From the NCBI GenBank assembly GCA_021847325.1, contig JAJZTY010000001.1:1-62755 (forward strand): a DNA stretch of 62,755 bases, read 5' to 3'. Position 1 is the first letter of the stretch. Each line of letters begins with the position of its first letter. Below are positions 61,572 through 62,755 of this stretch, piece after piece. The notes below the pieces were generated by a model that was not told the DNA's origin, made no database searches, and saw only the letters and a program-made list of their open reading frames with translations. A program made the position numbers and the translations under genes. The DNA is from Bacillota bacterium. GTDB lineage: Bacteria; Bacillota_I; Bacilli_A; Erysipelotrichales; Erysipelotrichaceae.

Positions 61572-62178
61572 ATATCCAAGTAACTTTTCGTTCTGTTCCG
61601 TTTAATAATCGTTTTATATTTTCTCTATGACGATAAATAATTAAAATGTCAATTAAGATAAAATTAAAAGTTAAGAAGAAATCTTGTGTAACAAAATAAG
61701 CGATGAATATGGATACAGTTGCAGCGACCATAGAAGAAAGGGACGCATACTTGGTTAGCTTCAATAATAAGAAAAATAGAGATGCTGGAATAATAAATAA
61801 TTCAACTACCTTTGACATAATTATGGCAACACCTAAAAGATATCCTGCAGCAGATGAAACTGCTTTTCCACCTTTAAATTGTGCGAATATCGGATAGCTA
61901 TGTCCTATTGCGGCAAATACACCTGCAATCGCTGCATATTGAGGAGCGAATTGAAATACAAGCAATATAACGATAGTTGCCTTTAAAGTATCAAATACAG
62001 TAACAGATATGCCTGCTGCTTTTCCTAAGACTCTACCTGCGTTTGTTCCCCCGAGATTTCCACTACCTTTTGTACGAATATCTGTGTTATAAAACACTTT
62101 ACCGATGATTAGTGCAAAAGGAATGGATCCAAATAAATAACCGAATATAATTGCTAAAACTAAATTTAGATCAATCAT
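61570..62178 (-). CDS. plsY: Glycerol-3-phosphate acyltransferase PlsY
   Basis: Polytopic membrane protein with FGSIPF and GSGNLGGTNAGR motifs. Confidence 0.92.
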   Translation of the reverse strand: MIDLNLVLAIIFGYLFGSIPFALIIGKVFYNTDIRTKGSGNLGGTNAGRVLGKAAGISVTVFDTLKATIVILLVFQFAPQYAAIAGVFAAIGHSYPIFAQFKGGKAVSSAAGYLLGVAIIMSKVVELFIIPASLFFLLLKLTKYASLSSMVAATVSIFIAYFVTQDFFLTFNFILIDILIIYRHRENIKRLLNGTERKVTWI

Positions 62179-62283
62179 GATTTACCTCTCTTTACTGACA
62201 TATTATATCAAATCATTTAACGCTGTACATTACAATGCGTTTTTAGTTATTGTATAATGATAAAGGTAGATAGGAGTTATAAT

Positions 62284-62755
62284 ATGACAGCAAGACAATA
62301 CGATGAACAAAGTATTCAAATTCTTGAGGGTTTGGATGCTGTTCGCAAGCGTCCTGGGATGTATATAGGTTCAACCGATAGTCGTGGTTTACATCATCTC
62401 GTTTGGGAAATTTTAGACAATTCCATTGATGAAGCTATGAATGGATTTGGTAAGAATATTACAATTACTTTAGGAAAAGATAATAGTATAAAAATCGAAG
62501 ATGAAGGAAGAGGTATGCCTGTTGGTATGCATTCTTCAGGTGTTTCAACGTTACAAGTTATTTTTACTGTTTTGCATGCTGGAGGTAAGTTTTCGTCTGA
62601 AGGTGGATATAAAAGGGCTGGAGGGCTTCATGGAGTTGGTGCTTCTGTAGTTAATGCGTTAAGTGAATGGTTAGAAGTTACAGTGGCCTTTAATGGTAAT
62701 TTATATCGAATGTCATTTTCTCAAGGTGGATCAAAAATCTCAAAGCTTGAGAATT
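62284..62755 (+). CDS. parE: Type IIA topoisomerase subunit B, probably ParE (3' end runs off the window)
   Basis: GHKL ATPase N-terminus ([43 protein letters not shown]). ParE is preferred over GyrB only because of the plsY adjacency seen in Bacillus. Confidence 0.6.
   Translation, partial: MTARQYDEQSIQILEGLDAVRKRPGMYIGSTDSRGLHHLVWEILDNSIDEAMNGFGKNITITLGKDNSIKIEDEGRGMPVGMHSSGVSTLQVIFTVLHAGGKFSSEGGYKRAGGLHGVGASVVNALSEWLEVTVAFNGNLYRMSFSQGGSKISKLEN

Overview
This window is an AT-rich, low-GC Bacillota (Firmicutes) chromosomal segment that is almost entirely housekeeping. Gene order repeatedly mirrors Bacillus: tgt-queA, sepF-divIVA-ileS, trmH-like-pheST, yceD-rpmF, mraZ-rsmH-ftsL-pbp-mraY-murD, comN-secDF-recJ-apt-relA-hisS-aspS-6S RNA, and yneF/plsY/parE. 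I call about 58 CDS, including rpmF, which falls below the ORF-track size cut-off. I also call four T-box leaders (Val, Ile, Phe, His), a candidate 6S RNA downstream of aspS, a phased MraZ operator array, several near-consensus sigma-A promoters and many intrinsic terminators. I see no transposase, integrase, phage genes, CRISPR array or tRNA/rRNA genes. I find no convincing self-contained novel defence or mobile system. The most interesting loci are: (1) an orphan XRE-HTH/helical-repeat (RRNPP-like) regulator inserted between 6S RNA and yneF, followed by an untranslated tail that could encode a peptide signal. (2) A tightly coupled ald-DUF2779-PLC/P1-fold-dipeptidase block pairing two uncharacterised nuclease-like enzymes. 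(3) A Val T-box that controls a GNAT acetyltransferase overlapping valS. (4) A small ORF split by an in-frame TAA. All functional calls rest on motif recognition by eye; no database search was run.
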